Assembly (NCBI GenBank): GCA_951406725.2
Contig: OX597826.1
Span: 39,556,001-39,620,000, forward strand
Reading direction: 5' to 3'
Length of the DNA stretch: 64,000 nucleotides
Origin: Octopus vulgaris
Lineage: Eukaryota
The notes beneath the pieces are model-generated. The model was given only the letters and a program-made list of their open reading frames with translations, ran no database searches and was not told the DNA's origin. Made by a program: the position numbers and the translations under genes. Shown here one piece after another: positions 40,623-53,580 of this stretch. The stretch's first letter is position 1. Each line of letters starts with the position of its first letter.

Positions 40623-42022
40623 TGCTTCAACACACGAACTCATAGAAAGAATCTTGCAAACCAAATCCAAAAACGAAATATTATTATTATTATTTCTTTA
40701 TTAATAACAAAGCCTCGTGAGATACAATAAAATACAATGAGAATCGCCAAAAAAAAAAAAAAAAAATGGGCTGGCACAAATGCGTATGAGATAAATGCAA
40801 AAAGTTATATAAAAGATATAAAAGATGAAAGGACTGGTGAACGATTCATACAATTATAATGGGAACAAAGTAAAAAAAAGTATAAAAAGTATTCGGAATA
40901 AATGAAATAATTCAATAAAGTACACTCATTAAAAACAAAATTAACCAAATTCAGTTTTAAAAATTGCAACCATCTTTACGTAGTTCAGAAACCTCCACTT
41001 GCATTCATCAAGGACCTCCTAAAGAACATCTATTTTCTTCTTGTTCATAGCTGGAGATTCCAAAATCTTCCACTGATAAGTGATTTACAGTGGGCAATGG
41101 AGAGCATATATTATGTATATAGCTCACATGTGTTACAAGGCGACATACAACATTTCGTAATGTTTGTCTGAAATGTGTAACTAATATGTCCTTTTGTTTT
41201 TTCCCGATTGTTTTTGTTTTGTCTTTTACTTCCATCACATTTATATTTCTCTGCCCCCAAAATAAGTGTTTGGGCGGAAGTATGACTAAATATGTCAGTC
41301 TGTGTTTCGGTTGGATTCCTGATCATGAAATATGTAGCAGACAATGTTAAGTTTTCGTTCAATTGAAGGAATATATATCATTGAGTGTTCCTTCCAGTTA
41401 CCGTTTCGTGAAGAGTTGGAGCGCTCCACCATACTTCCTAAAGTATAGATATGCTATTTTTCTATTTGTCATCATTTGGGTTGGATCCAGGGATAAAAGG
41501 AAATTGTTTACTTTTACAAAATTCTTCCAGCTCTCTTTCCCTTTTTTTTTGTTCCTGTGATTTTGTCAAATCTAAAAGCTCCGTCTGTACTGTCACGAAC
41601 AATATAGATCAATTAACACTGCTGCATCATCCATTATCTGTCAGAATTGTCACTGTTGGGCAAGTGTCGTAATCGTTATCGTTCAAAATAGTTTCTTTCT
41701 CATTTAAATATTCATTTAAAAGTACTTCACATCTACCTTCTGTTTAAAGTGTTCATTCTGTGGCATTATCTCTTCTGTGGCATTATCTCTTCTGTGCTGT
41801 CTTCGTCTTTTTATTTGTGTTGCGTTGCTGTATAATAATTTTCAGCTTTGGTTTTCTTTTTGAGAGGCGTGTGGCGTTTGTTTACCAGGATGTTTGAAGC
41901 GAAAATGTGAAATCAAACAAAATATAAAGTTTCTAAAGGTAAACTTTTTTCTGCTCCAGTATTCCATAATACAAAAACAGAAATTTCGTTTGGAAATTGA
42001 TCGTTGTGGTGTGTTCCAGTGT

Positions 42023-42028
42023 TTTATT
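42023..42028 (-). terminator. Putative polyadenylation signal of gene B
   Basis: AATAAA on the minus strand about 28 nt after the stop codon. Confidence 0.5.
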
Positions 42029-42055
42029 CACCTTGACAATATTTGCACCAACATT

Positions 42056-42294
42056 TCATTCAGAGACATCAGTGAATAATGCTCTTTTAAAAAGATGGTG
42101 ACTGCTTTGACTCTCGGTGGACAGCGGTACAGTAAAGCATTTTAATTTAAATTCTTCATATGCATAAAAGTCTATTCGAAACTTGACGCAGGCCGAAAAC
42201 GAGTCAGCTTTGAAAACGACGTTGTAGAATACTAAACATATGTCCACTTTGGTTAAATAGGGCAATCCTTCGCATAGAGCTGGTGGATTCCTCA
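42056..42294 (-). CDS. Gene B exon 4 (terminal), DUF4773-like protein
   Basis: ctctttgttag|TG AGG AAT CCA...; (M)RNPPALCEGLPYLTKVDICLVFYNVVFKADSFSACVKFRIDFYAYEEFKLKCFTVPL...VSE*. Total CDS 570 nt = 189 aa plus stop. Confidence 0.92.
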
Positions 42295-42414
42295 CTAACA
42301 AAGAGAAAAACATAATAATAATAATAACAATAATAATAACAACAACAACAACACCACCACCACCACCACCAACAACAACAACAATAATAATAATATTAAT
42401 AATAATAATAATAA

Positions 42415-43905
42415 TGATTTCTTTTATTGGCCACAAGGGCCCAAGCACGGAGGACAATATCGCAGTACAGGTTACAGTACACAAAGCAAAACAAAAACAA
42501 AAAATACAAAACCAAAAACAGGTGGGGTTTACATCGATCAAAAGGAGATACATTAAAGGATAAAACAGAAGATATATAATAGAAATTAGAGAAATGAATA
42601 ATAAATAAATAAATTATTAGAATCTCCAATAGCGGGGTAGTCTACTTAGGGTAATCCGAGATAAACCCAACGCAAAAATCCCAGATTACTTTGCCATCCC
42701 CAAGGCATGGAAAAATGCTTTCTTACACTTTTTTTCCACCTGCTTAGAAGAGCATACTCAGAGCCGATCCATTCAGTCTCACTAGCCTTGTCACTGTCAA
42801 CCACCTTTTCATAAGCCCACTAGAAGGCAGCACTCCCTCTCTACCCCCACCTTCTCCTTCAAATGATATTTGAAGAAACTGATGAGGGCTCGACCAGATA
42901 GGAAAGTTCCTGTCTTCAAACCTTTCAGATGGGTCCATCACACAATCTATTTTGCTACAACCACTAAGCAGAGAAAGACTTACCTTCCAACTCTGCTAAG
43001 GGAAGATGGTGCGTCGATCTTCACTATACAATCGGAAGACAGCTGAATTCGTCTACACGCCGCAACAGCAGCTCCACATAATCCCACAACTCTCTAATGC
43101 ACGAATACCGAATCACTGCATATAGGACGATTTCGTCCTCTCGAAGCATCTCGGGCAGGTTTGGCTGTTGTCTCTTCCCTGCCTGAAGAGCTGTAGCATA
43201 GCCATGCAAAAGACTTTTGAAAACTGCCCATGATCTTCGACCCGAAGGTCCTCCGGAAGAGACTACACAGATTGTTCACGTCGAAGTCGAGATTCAGTCC
43301 TAGGCCATCAACACCAATACCCTGAACTAGTCCCCCATAGAAATCTTGGGTTGTTTTCCCTGCTAACAGTTTTATGCAACTGATACAATGCAGTGAGCGC
43401 CTGGTAACATTCTAGTTGCCAGATGCCCAACCTTGGTCTACGTTTGACCCATGACTGCAGTTCTGTCAATGAGATGAACTGCAGAAAGAATACTCACATC
43501 AGTTCACCCTTATTTTCGTCGCCGCCGTTCACATCATCGCAGTGATTTAGATATCTTTGTAGGTGCGACAGCCTCATTGTGTGACGCTGCATCATCAAGA
43601 CCGCCACGATGTGGGTGTTTATAGCATATGGATTTTCTGACCAGCGAAACCCTACCCTTCTATAAGAATCGGAAAAGCAAGCACTCCAATCTGGTCAGAG
43701 TTTTCTTAGGACAAAGTACAATGGCAAGACGGTAGTACACCAACGAGGTATTCACAATTTACGCCCGGCCTTTCAGAGACAGCTTTCTTTCTGCCCATTT
43801 CTGGGTGAGCTTGGCCACCATAGTCATGGCCTGTTCTCAATTCCTATCTACCTGGAGATCTGGTTTGAACCAGATCCGAACATTTTCACCAGACCCTCCG
43901 TCCAG
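42415..43905 (-). mobile_element. Tx1/L1-like LINE 3' portion in gene B intron 3
   Basis: WAERKLSLKGRA*IVN motif near 43750-43805; ends in AATAAA followed by an (ATT)n tail. Confidence 0.65.
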
Positions 43906-44881
43906 TGACAGAAATCGCCGCTAATGAAAATGATGATGATGATGAAGATGATAATTATAATGATGATGACGATAGTAATAACAATCTATTTACCACATGG
44001 ACAACAAACTACGAGATATTGCATGGAAAAATTACTAGAACTTGGGAATTTCTGAAAGATCGACTACAGAACATGATACAGGTGTGGAAAACGATAGCCT
44101 ACAAAATGAATGGAAAGCATTGTCCCAAAAATAGTAAAACCATCTAGGATCAATTGCCAGATACAGTATAGTGGATCTTTATCAATGCTCAGAATCTTCC
44201 TGAGAAGGTCGACATTTTACTCATCACTTCTCTAGAATGCTATAGCAGATGTATCAATGACTGAATTGCACGACTCTCTCACACATGTCAACATTCCAGA
44301 AGACAGGCATTTTCGCTTGAGCCAGAGTTATAGCTCCATGAAAGAGATGGACTGTTGAAAGACATGTCTATGAAAAGACTACCGCACACGCTCACCATTT
44401 AGAAATGTCTGCAGATACAGTGACCTGAGTTAATGTCAGCTCATCATCAGTCATTGTCTTATAACATCCTCTATGCAGTGGATGTCTAAAGGAGATGAAC
44501 CTTGTGATCAAAGATCATGTCCCTTCCACAACAAGCGAATTCGGTAAGAAAACGGTGACAAATCATGACACATATACATGTCACACTCACCAAGAAAGAT
44601 ACATAGAAACTATAGAGACATTTTAAATGAAGAAGAACACATTATCAATGTAATATCTAGACACAGAATATCTTGAAGATAGACAGAATAGTCAACATTA
44701 GATTGCCTTTAATCATATATCCGCTAGGTCAGTCTTGAACTGTGGTTAAACAACAGCAATAACGAAGATTAATGACAACTCAAAATGAAAGTATTGAAGT
44801 GGTCTCTTCTTCCTTTGCCGGAGATAACTGCCAGTTCTCCTTCAAGTCACAACTAAAAGCTCAAATAATAAAGGGGAGGAG

Positions 44882-45326
<445 letters not shown>

Positions 45327-45479
45327 TCTAAAAAGTCGGATGATCATGTAAAGGAAATTTCTCATCATACAGTTAGTTTGCTCCAGCAGGGTTGTTTGCT
45401 TGCTGCTGTTGTTAAATTAACGACAACAGCAACAGACAAAGGGAAGCGATATGTCACCAGAATAAATTGTTTTCCTTAC

Positions 45480-45572
45480 TTGAAACAGATTTTTTGTAAA
45501 TAGTTTTTTCATTCCACAGAACGTCTGCTTCAAATCCTATGTCTTGAGGTAAATAGGACAGTTTAGCACAAG
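45480..45572 (-). CDS. Gene B exon 3, DUF4773-like protein
   Basis: ttcttctttccag| ... TCA A|gtaagg, 93 nt; (A)[30 protein letters not shown]. Confidence 0.92.
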
Positions 45573-46360
45573 CTGGAAAGAAGAAAAAAACAATATATTT
45601 TGCAACTGGTGTATATAAACATAGGTCTCTTCAATGAGATTAACTGATAAATACTTTGAATTCATACATTTATAGTCAACACTCCATGACAGCAACACCC
45701 ACGCACGCAAGCGCACCCATACATACATACATACATACATACATACATACATACATACATACATACATACATCATACATACATATATATATGCATAAATA
45801 CATACATACATGCACGCATACATACATACATACATAAATACATACATACATAAATACATACATACATACATACATACATAAATACATAAATACATACATA
45901 CATACATACATGCATGCATACATACATACATACATACATACATACATACATAGATAGATACATACATGCATACATACATACATACATACATACATAATAC
46001 ATACATACATTCATACATACATATATACACACGTACATGACCGTTTCCTCGTTCTCAAGTATAGTGGTGACGATGCTGGTACGTCAAATGATGGCTGTGC
46101 ATGAAACTTTCTAAAGTCTACAGTTTGTCGATGACTGCAGCAGGAATTAACACTGTCTATGAGTAATAGCAAAACCAAACTTGTGTACATTTTATTGAAT
46201 GACTTTAATATTTTCACCCATCATGTGACAGGTTTTGCTTTTGATCCTGCAGGAAGTTTAAACACCCTCCTCAGTAAGCAAACTTAGTGGGGTTGTGAGT
46301 TTAGTCGCCGACGACCCAGCCGTGCAGCTGGTTGAAATGGATTACATGTTATCAGTTTTT

Positions 46361-46744
46361 GGAAGCACTCCGTCGGTTACGACGACGAGGGTTCCGGTTG
46401 ATCCAAATCAACGGAACAGCCTGCTCGTGAAATTAACGTGTAAGTGGCTGAGCACTCCACAGACACACGTACCCTTAATGTAGTTCTCAGGGATATTCAG
46501 CGTGACACAGAGAGTGACTAGGCCGGCCCTTTGAAATACAGGTACAACAGAAACAGGAAGTAAAAGTGAGAGAAAGTTGTGGTGAAAGAGTACAGCAGGG
46601 ATCACCACCATCCCCTGCCGGAGCCTCGTGGAGCTTTAGGTGTTTTAGCTCAATAAACACTCACAACGCCCGGTCTGGGAATCGAAACCGCAATCCTATG
46701 ACCGCGAGTCCGCTGCCCTAACCACTGGGCCATTGCGCCTCCAC
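46361..46744 (-). mobile_element. tRNA-Arg-derived SINE with 12-bp TSD, in gene B intron 2
   Basis: Reverse complement of 1007-1392 with few differences; flanked by catgttatcagt (46345-46356 and 46747-46758). Confidence 0.9.
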
Positions 46745-46786
46745 CTCATGTTATCAGTAGCACGCACAACGACCTGACATACATGG

Positions 46787-46876
<90 letters not shown>

Positions 46877-47388
46877 TCACATGTTCAAATATAAGTGAGA
46901 AGCAGCTTGAGTGTTGCTTCTCATTCATATTTGAATTTTTTTCTGTGGTATGAATCATTGGGACATACCAGCTGATGGTTCTTTCACCATTTTGCATTTA
47001 GTCGTAGAAAACGATTTAGCTTGCATCTGGCCTCGTATCGGGTATGTTTCGGAAGGCGAAGTACCGCTAAGCATTTCGCTCGGGAAACACACAGATACGG
47101 ACTCAGAGAGCCCTGTGTGTTGTGCGTGTGTATGAATGTGTGTCCGTCTGAGTGCGTGTCTGAGTTTGTGTGTATCTTTGAGTGTGTTCATGTGAACATC
47201 TAGTGATTTTAGTCTCTAGATTGCAACGAAGCTTAGGCTTCCACAGGTTTAGATGAATCTTCAGTGTGCATTTGTGTGTCTGGTTATTGACTTATTTATC
47301 TCAGGAAACAGGGAAGAGAACGATGGCATCAGTGCGACTTGATTAAATAGGAAGGTGATGTGGATGAAGAAAATGATAGCGGTGATGA

Positions 47389-47472
<84 letters not shown>

Positions 47473-47498
47473 ATGGAAGGTGAATAAAATTCTCTTAC

Positions 47499-47672
47499 CC
47501 ATATCATTAATGTTCAGATCTTTCACATAGATAGGCAGGCAGCATTCCCATGTGTCTCCATTAAAATCACAATAGTGAGAATTTGCGTCAGCCATATTTG
47601 TTTTTGGCGACTCATACCACCCAATGGTATGAAGAAAAGACTTCCATAATGAGGTCAGATAATTTGCAGACA
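47499..47672 (-). CDS. Gene B exon 2, DUF4773-like protein
   Basis: ctgtcttttatag| ... ATG G|gtaaga, 174 nt, phase 1-1; (V)SANYLTSLWKSFLHTIGWYESPKTNMADANSHYCDFNGDTWECCLPIYVKDLNINDM. Confidence 0.92.
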
Positions 47673-47949
47673 CTATAAAAGACAGGGAAACACAGAGTTT
47701 TATATTACATATAAAAAATATCTATAGCCGTACAGGTAGTCATGTATGCCCACGGTTATTAAACGTCACGCATAAACACACACACACGCAAACTACACGT
47801 TCTGTCTGTCTGTCTCTCTCTCTCACACACACACACACACTCGTCCCTCGCTCTATACGGTACACGATTTTCACTTCACGGTTTTCGTTTTGGTTGATTT
47901 GATTTATATTTGTGATTTCAAGTCTACAGAAACATCAGTTAATCACTTT

Positions 47950-48130
47950 CGAGAAAAAAAAAACGACGGAGGCGTTAAACGGCATCGTTTTTGAACAGTG
48001 GAAAACGCGTCTGGATCGATGCACTGCTTCAAATGGAGAGTACTTTAAAGGTGAGAAAACAGTAAGCATGTAAAACCACGTGAATAAAATAATATTGCAA
48101 AATTCCGGTTTCTTTTGGGTACTCCTCGTA
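47950..48130 (+). mobile_element. Mariner 3' end fragment
   Basis: CTASNGEYFKGE-like C-terminus followed by a ...ctcgTA terminus. Confidence 0.55.
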
Positions 48131-48227
48131 TTGGGTTTCGTATAATTGTACGCCAGAGTCACTTTGTTGGCTTGTGCTGCTCTCTCATACATACATACAT
48201 ACATACATACATACATACATACATACA

Positions 48228-48261
<34 letters not shown>

Positions 48262-48387
48262 CATGCATGCATACATACATACACACATACATACATACAT
48301 ACATACATACATACATACATACATACACACATACATACATACATACATACTTACATACAAATATACATACATACATACGTGCATAAG

Positions 48388-49660
48388 CAGTTGTCCGAAA
48401 ATATCATCACGGTATTATCAACCGATGAAGCATGACGTGGTAGCTAGGACACTATATAATGAAATCCGTTGGAAGGGTTACCCGAGGACAAAGAAATAAG
48501 AACTCACAGTATAGCCACTCATAATAAAAAAGGAGTACTGGTGGAATGTCTCAGTGAAGACCTTGTAGTGGATCCTGCAAGTATGAAGTGGATTCGATCC
48601 ACCATAGCCAAATTTAAATTAACACTGCAGCAGAATTTTTCCCACGGTGGAACAATGGTTTTTCTCTGACAGCAGTTTGACATTCACCAGATTGCCTTTA
48701 GCCAGGTCGAAATAATGTCTTCACCACTTGACCCTTTCTAACCTCTTCTACTTCACCAAAAGCTAGAACAAGACCACCAACTAAATCTGTTGTTCACAAT
48801 GATATATCTATCCTTCTGGGTAGTTATAAAAGCAAGAACAACCCAAGCAAAAATCAGTCGGTGACGACTCAACGAGTCCAGTCACATCGTGATGACCGAA
48901 GTAGTTAGTCACTTTGGTGACAACGAAGTCTGGCTGACCAGCTAGAACCTTGGTCAAAGGGAGAAATGAAGTTCACTGTCAGCAACTGTGAGACAACACC
49001 ATACAACTCTCACTAGCTCTAATTCTGTTCTCTTACAACATCATTCTACCTCTTTCTGTAAGTACTACTAAACAATAAAAAGGACACAAACACAAACTTT
49101 ACTTCGCATGCTTTTGAATTTATCATAACCTGCACGTCGAGGCAAGGTATTGTAACGTAACGGTAAATAAATATTTCTTTAAAACTTCGTGCATTGTCCA
49201 TCTTTCACATCTTATAACTTGCGGTTATAACAACAAATTTTTATCGTTACAACTGCTGATTCAAACACTTCATAATATTGTTTACAAATCAATTAATCCC
49301 GTTACAACCTCAATAAAATGTAAGCACGACAGACTTGATATAATGATTTAGGACAGAAAAGAGAAACTGTGTACAGCTGTGGAAATTAGCTGTCCAGCGG
49401 ATGTTAACATAAAGTTGAAGATCAGTGAAAAAGAGAATATTTATACTGAACTGAGAAATCTGTGGTTACCCTATCCAGTTTACAAGTTCAGGTTTATACC
49501 TGTAATTATTGGGGGCCTGGGGTATGTAACATACTGCCTAAATAATAATCTTGAGAAATTAAGCTTCTCAAAACCAGGAAAGAAAAAGCTGATTCGAAGA
49601 CTATAGATCCGCTTCATCACTGGAACTGTAAAAATTGGTAAAACTTTCCAGAAGTTTATC
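48388..49660 (+). mobile_element. R4/Dong-like LINE REL-endonuclease fragment split by the solo LTR
   Basis: CPKISSRYY..KHDVVA, EYWWNVSVKT|SIKCKHDRLDIMI*DRKEKLCTAVEISCP, IPVIIGGLG. Confidence 0.82.
48564..49306. mobile_element. Solo LTR (TG...CA) with 4-bp TSD ACCT
   Basis: acct|TGTAG...TTACA|acct; removing it restores a LINE reading frame; a second copy lies at 38622-39405 in opposite orientation. Confidence 0.85.
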
Positions 49661-50117
49661 AATGAAGTATATATGAGCATGTCTAAATATGCAAGGATAT
49701 GCACGAGAATGCATACATAAAACAAAACATACAAATCTGCACGTTACAAAAAACATACATACAGCATTTCTACCCTGACTATAAATTCTCATTTTACCTA
49801 TCATCGTAAGTGCATTAGGTTATGTACCAACAAATTTGCACAAAAACCTAGAAATACTCGGTTTCACGGAAATCCAATCTATTAGTGGTACAGTGGAGTT
49901 TTATAACACATTGCAGAAATTTTCCACGAGAGATTCTTACGTGAACAGATGCACACACTTGGGTGTACTCATCGACAGTTCAACCAACACATCAACTCAA
50001 CCACATATTTAAGAACACCTAGAACTCTCTTCACAAAAAAGGTCTCGTTGCTTGAACTCTCTTTAAACCTTAGATAAAGCTCAAACAAAAATCATCCATC
50101 CATCCATATAATCCATC

Positions 50118-50478
50118 GTGGCACTCTATCGGTTACGACGACGAGGGTTCCAGTTAATCCAATCAACGAAACAGCCTGCTTGTGAAATTAACGCGCAAGT
50201 GGCTGAGCACTCCACAGACACGTGTACTCTTCCTTAAGAAAGTTCTGGGTAAAATTCAGCGTGACACAAGGCTGGCCTTTTGAAATTTAGGTACAACAGA
50301 AACAGGAAGAAAGAGTGAGAGAAAGTTGTGGCGAAAGAGTACAGTAGGGTTCGTCACCAACCCCTGCCGGAGTTTCGTGGAGCTTTTAGGTGTTTTCGCT
50401 CAATAAATACTCACAACGCCCGGTCTGGGAATCGAAACCGCGATCCTATGACCTAACTACTGGGCCATTGCGCTTCCT
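50118..50478 (-). mobile_element. Older copy of the same tRNA-Arg SINE family
   Basis: Colinear similarity to 46361-46744 with indels. Confidence 0.85.
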
Positions 50479-50552
50479 CATATAACCTATATTATATATA
50501 TGTATAATATATTATGATATTTATTATATCTATTGTGTGTGTGAGAGTGTGT

Positions 50553-50583
<31 letters not shown>

Positions 50584-50972
50584 CATACTTAGTGCAGGTG
50601 CGTGGCTTAGTGGTTCGGGTATTCGGCTCAAGATATTATGGTTTCAAATTCCTGGCGGCTCGTTGTGTTCTTGATACAAAACACTTTATTTCATGTTACT
50701 ACTTCACACTGGTGCCACTGAACCTTCTATGTTTTCTCTGCTTATTTCTGTCTTCCTATCTGTTGAAGAGCGTAGGCTCGAAATGCAAAAGACTTTCTCA
50801 CTTCCCGAGCGTTAAACTAATACATTTGTTTGTTGTTTACGCACCCGTCTTCGTCTTTTGATTTGCTTTTTTTGGTATATTTCAACTATATATATGTTAC
50901 AGCCCCAGGCCGACCAAAGCCTTGTGAGTGGATTTTGTACACGGAAACTGAAAGAAGACTGTCATATATATA

Positions 50973-51028
<56 letters not shown>

Positions 51029-51563
51029 TGCGTGTGTGTGTGTTTGTTTGTACCTCTACCATTGCTTGACAACCGATGTTTCTGTGTGTACCTTCCCATA
51101 ACTTAGCGGTTTTGGGAAAAGATACTGATAGAATAAGTACTAGGCTTATAAAGAATGAATCCTGCGGTCGATTATTTCGACTAAAGGCGATGCTCCAGCA
51201 TGGCTGCAGTCACATGAGTGAAACAAGTAAAGCACTTAATAAGAATTAATCACAAGCAACGCAGGGTATCTGTGCTAGTAATTAATAAAAATAATAAAAT
51301 ATTAATTTATAAGGTATAAACAAATTGTGAACATTTATATATGCATATGTACACACACACACACATACACACACATACATACATACACACATACATATAC
51401 ACACATACATATATACATGTATACACGCGCAGAAACTTACATACACATACATGCATATATAGGTGTATACACACACATTCTTCGTACCCATCACCCCCGT
51501 AAATGGTAATTAATATAGATCCATATTCGTCAATTCATTGTTAATGACATTTTGAATTAGTCT

Positions 51564-51727
51564 GTCTACGCAATTGCGTTTCTAGAAAAGTATATCTATT
51601 CTTAACGGTTTTAATAAAGTGTTGATATGTAATAAAATGTTGATGCTTAAATGTACATTTAAACATCAAAATTTTATTATAACCGTTAAGAATAGATATA
51701 CTTTTCTAGAAACGCTATTGCGTAGAC
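51564..51727. repeat. Long imperfect palindrome in gene B intron 1
   Basis: Arms of about 45 bp (gtctacgcaat...taacggtt / aaccgtta...attgcgtagac) with a partly symmetric interior. Confidence 0.9.
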
Positions 51728-52259
51728 ACTCTGTTCAATAGATATAGAATAGTGGTACTACAATGCACCAATATTTACAGGAAATAGCAGTTGATAATAT
51801 ACGACGCATTATCGCAAAGTTTCACTGTATATACATATAGAGGCAAAGATGTTTGCGGGCGGCGAACATAACAAATTTCATCCTACCTGTAAAAAGAACA
51901 TTAAATAAATGTACAACACAAATGTGGATAATCTAGGACCTAGGTTTCGAACTTTCCAAATTACGTCTGTTAAAGTAGATTTGATTAGTTCTACTTGGCT
52001 AGATTCACCTAGACAAAATTTTGAATGCTGTTACATACATACATATATATCATGCACTAACTGTTACTTTCTCAGATGCAGCACGGAATTTTGTCAGTAA
52101 ACAGGTCGCGGTCTCAAAGCGACGAAAATATTTTGACAAATTAAATATAAATGTTGAAGTGAATCTAACGGTTTTTGTGTGATTTTTAAATGGCTTATAA
52201 ACACCTTCCACACTGCAACTGCTTTCGTTCCAGCACACAATCTCGGTTCAGGTCACTTG

Positions 52260-52306
<47 letters not shown>

Positions 52307-52332
52307 ACATAATATATTATAAAAGGACTAAC

Positions 52333-52396
52333 CTTGTGTTGGCAACAACACTATGCCCAAGGAACAAAGGAGTAAGAGGAAATCAAATCTTGCCAT
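52333..52396 (-). CDS. Gene B exon 1 (signal peptide) of DUF4773-like secreted protein
   Basis: ATG GCA AGA...ACA CAA G|gttagt gives MARFDFLLLLCSLGIVLLPTQ; phase-1 donor; TATA box about 50 nt upstream. Confidence 0.87.
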
Positions 52397-52426
52397 GATA
52401 GTTGAAAACGATGTAAATGCTTGAAT

Positions 52427-52450
52427 TGTTACTGACGCACCCTATTTATA
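52427..52450 (-). promoter_or_regulatory. Gene B core promoter: TATAAATA plus conserved CGTCAGTAACA motif
   Basis: TATAAATA at 52443-52450 (minus); 11-mer at 52427-52437 is shared with the gene A upstream region. Confidence 0.6.
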
Positions 52451-53303
52451 GGATGTGTCAAGTTGGGCCGTTATAAGCAGCAAGAATTGTAAATACTATT
52501 TACTACACATATGTATATATTTATGTGTGTATGTTTGTGTGTATGTGAACATAGAGCAACGTTTTATGTACACGTAGCATTAAATGGGAAAAACCGAAGC
52601 TAGCAGTTGGACCTATTGCATTATAAGCAACAACTATTGCATTAATTATAGATACAAAGGCAGCACTATGCATTAAAACAGAAAATGAAACTGAAGTTAA
52701 AGCGAGACTATGAATCACATTTCCTAGCAAAGCACTTGGGTTTCCCCCGAAGCTATTATAATGCGTCACTTAAAAGAAACAGAAAGTAATATTTTCTGGA
52801 ATATTTTTCATAAGAAAACCTACTTTCCTTTTGGAAATCTGTTTACAAATATAGAAGTGAATGCCTGGAATTATTTATTCTCTAGCTGTTTCAAATGTAT
52901 AATTCATTATAATACCCAAATTCCTCATGTTCTCTATAAACTACATGAAATAATTTTATTAAAGAGGGGTGGAGGGATTAAGAGTAAACAACTCATTCTT
53001 TTATTCTTTCACTGGTTTCAGTCATTAGATCCCGGCCATACTCAGGCATAGCTTTCGAGTGTTTTCATTGATTACGTCGAGCCCTGAAGTTTGCCGGATG
53101 TTTAATTTAAATCACTTCTTAAGGTTATCTCAACAGATATTCTATAGAAATTATAGCCAGCACTGAATTTTGTTACGGCGTTTCGTATCCGAGACGTCAG
53201 ATGTAAACAAACAATGAACTTGAAAATAAAAAAGAAAAAAAAGGCAAAGAGTGTGTATGCCATATTTCGAGAGTTTTTGCTTCTTCATCAACACCCATCT
53301 AAC

Positions 53304-53580
53304 GTGGAGGCACATGGCCTAGTGGTTAGAGCAGCGGACTCGCGGTTGAGGGATCGCCGGTTCGAATCTCAGACCGGGCGATGTGTGTGTTTATGAGCGA
53401 AACACCTAAGCTCTACGTGGATCCTGCAGAAGGTAATGGCGAACTTCTGCTGACTCTTTCGCCACAACTTTCTCTCACTCTTTCTTCCTGCATCTTGTAG
53501 CTCACCTGCGACGGATCGGCGTCCCGTCCAGGTGGGGAACCTTATGAGCCAGGCATGGCTCGAGAAGGAACAAAAAAAAA
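53304..53580 (+). mobile_element. tRNA-Arg-derived SINE with A-tail and TSD
   Basis: tRNA head, poly-A tail, flanking ccatctaac direct repeat. Confidence 0.85.
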
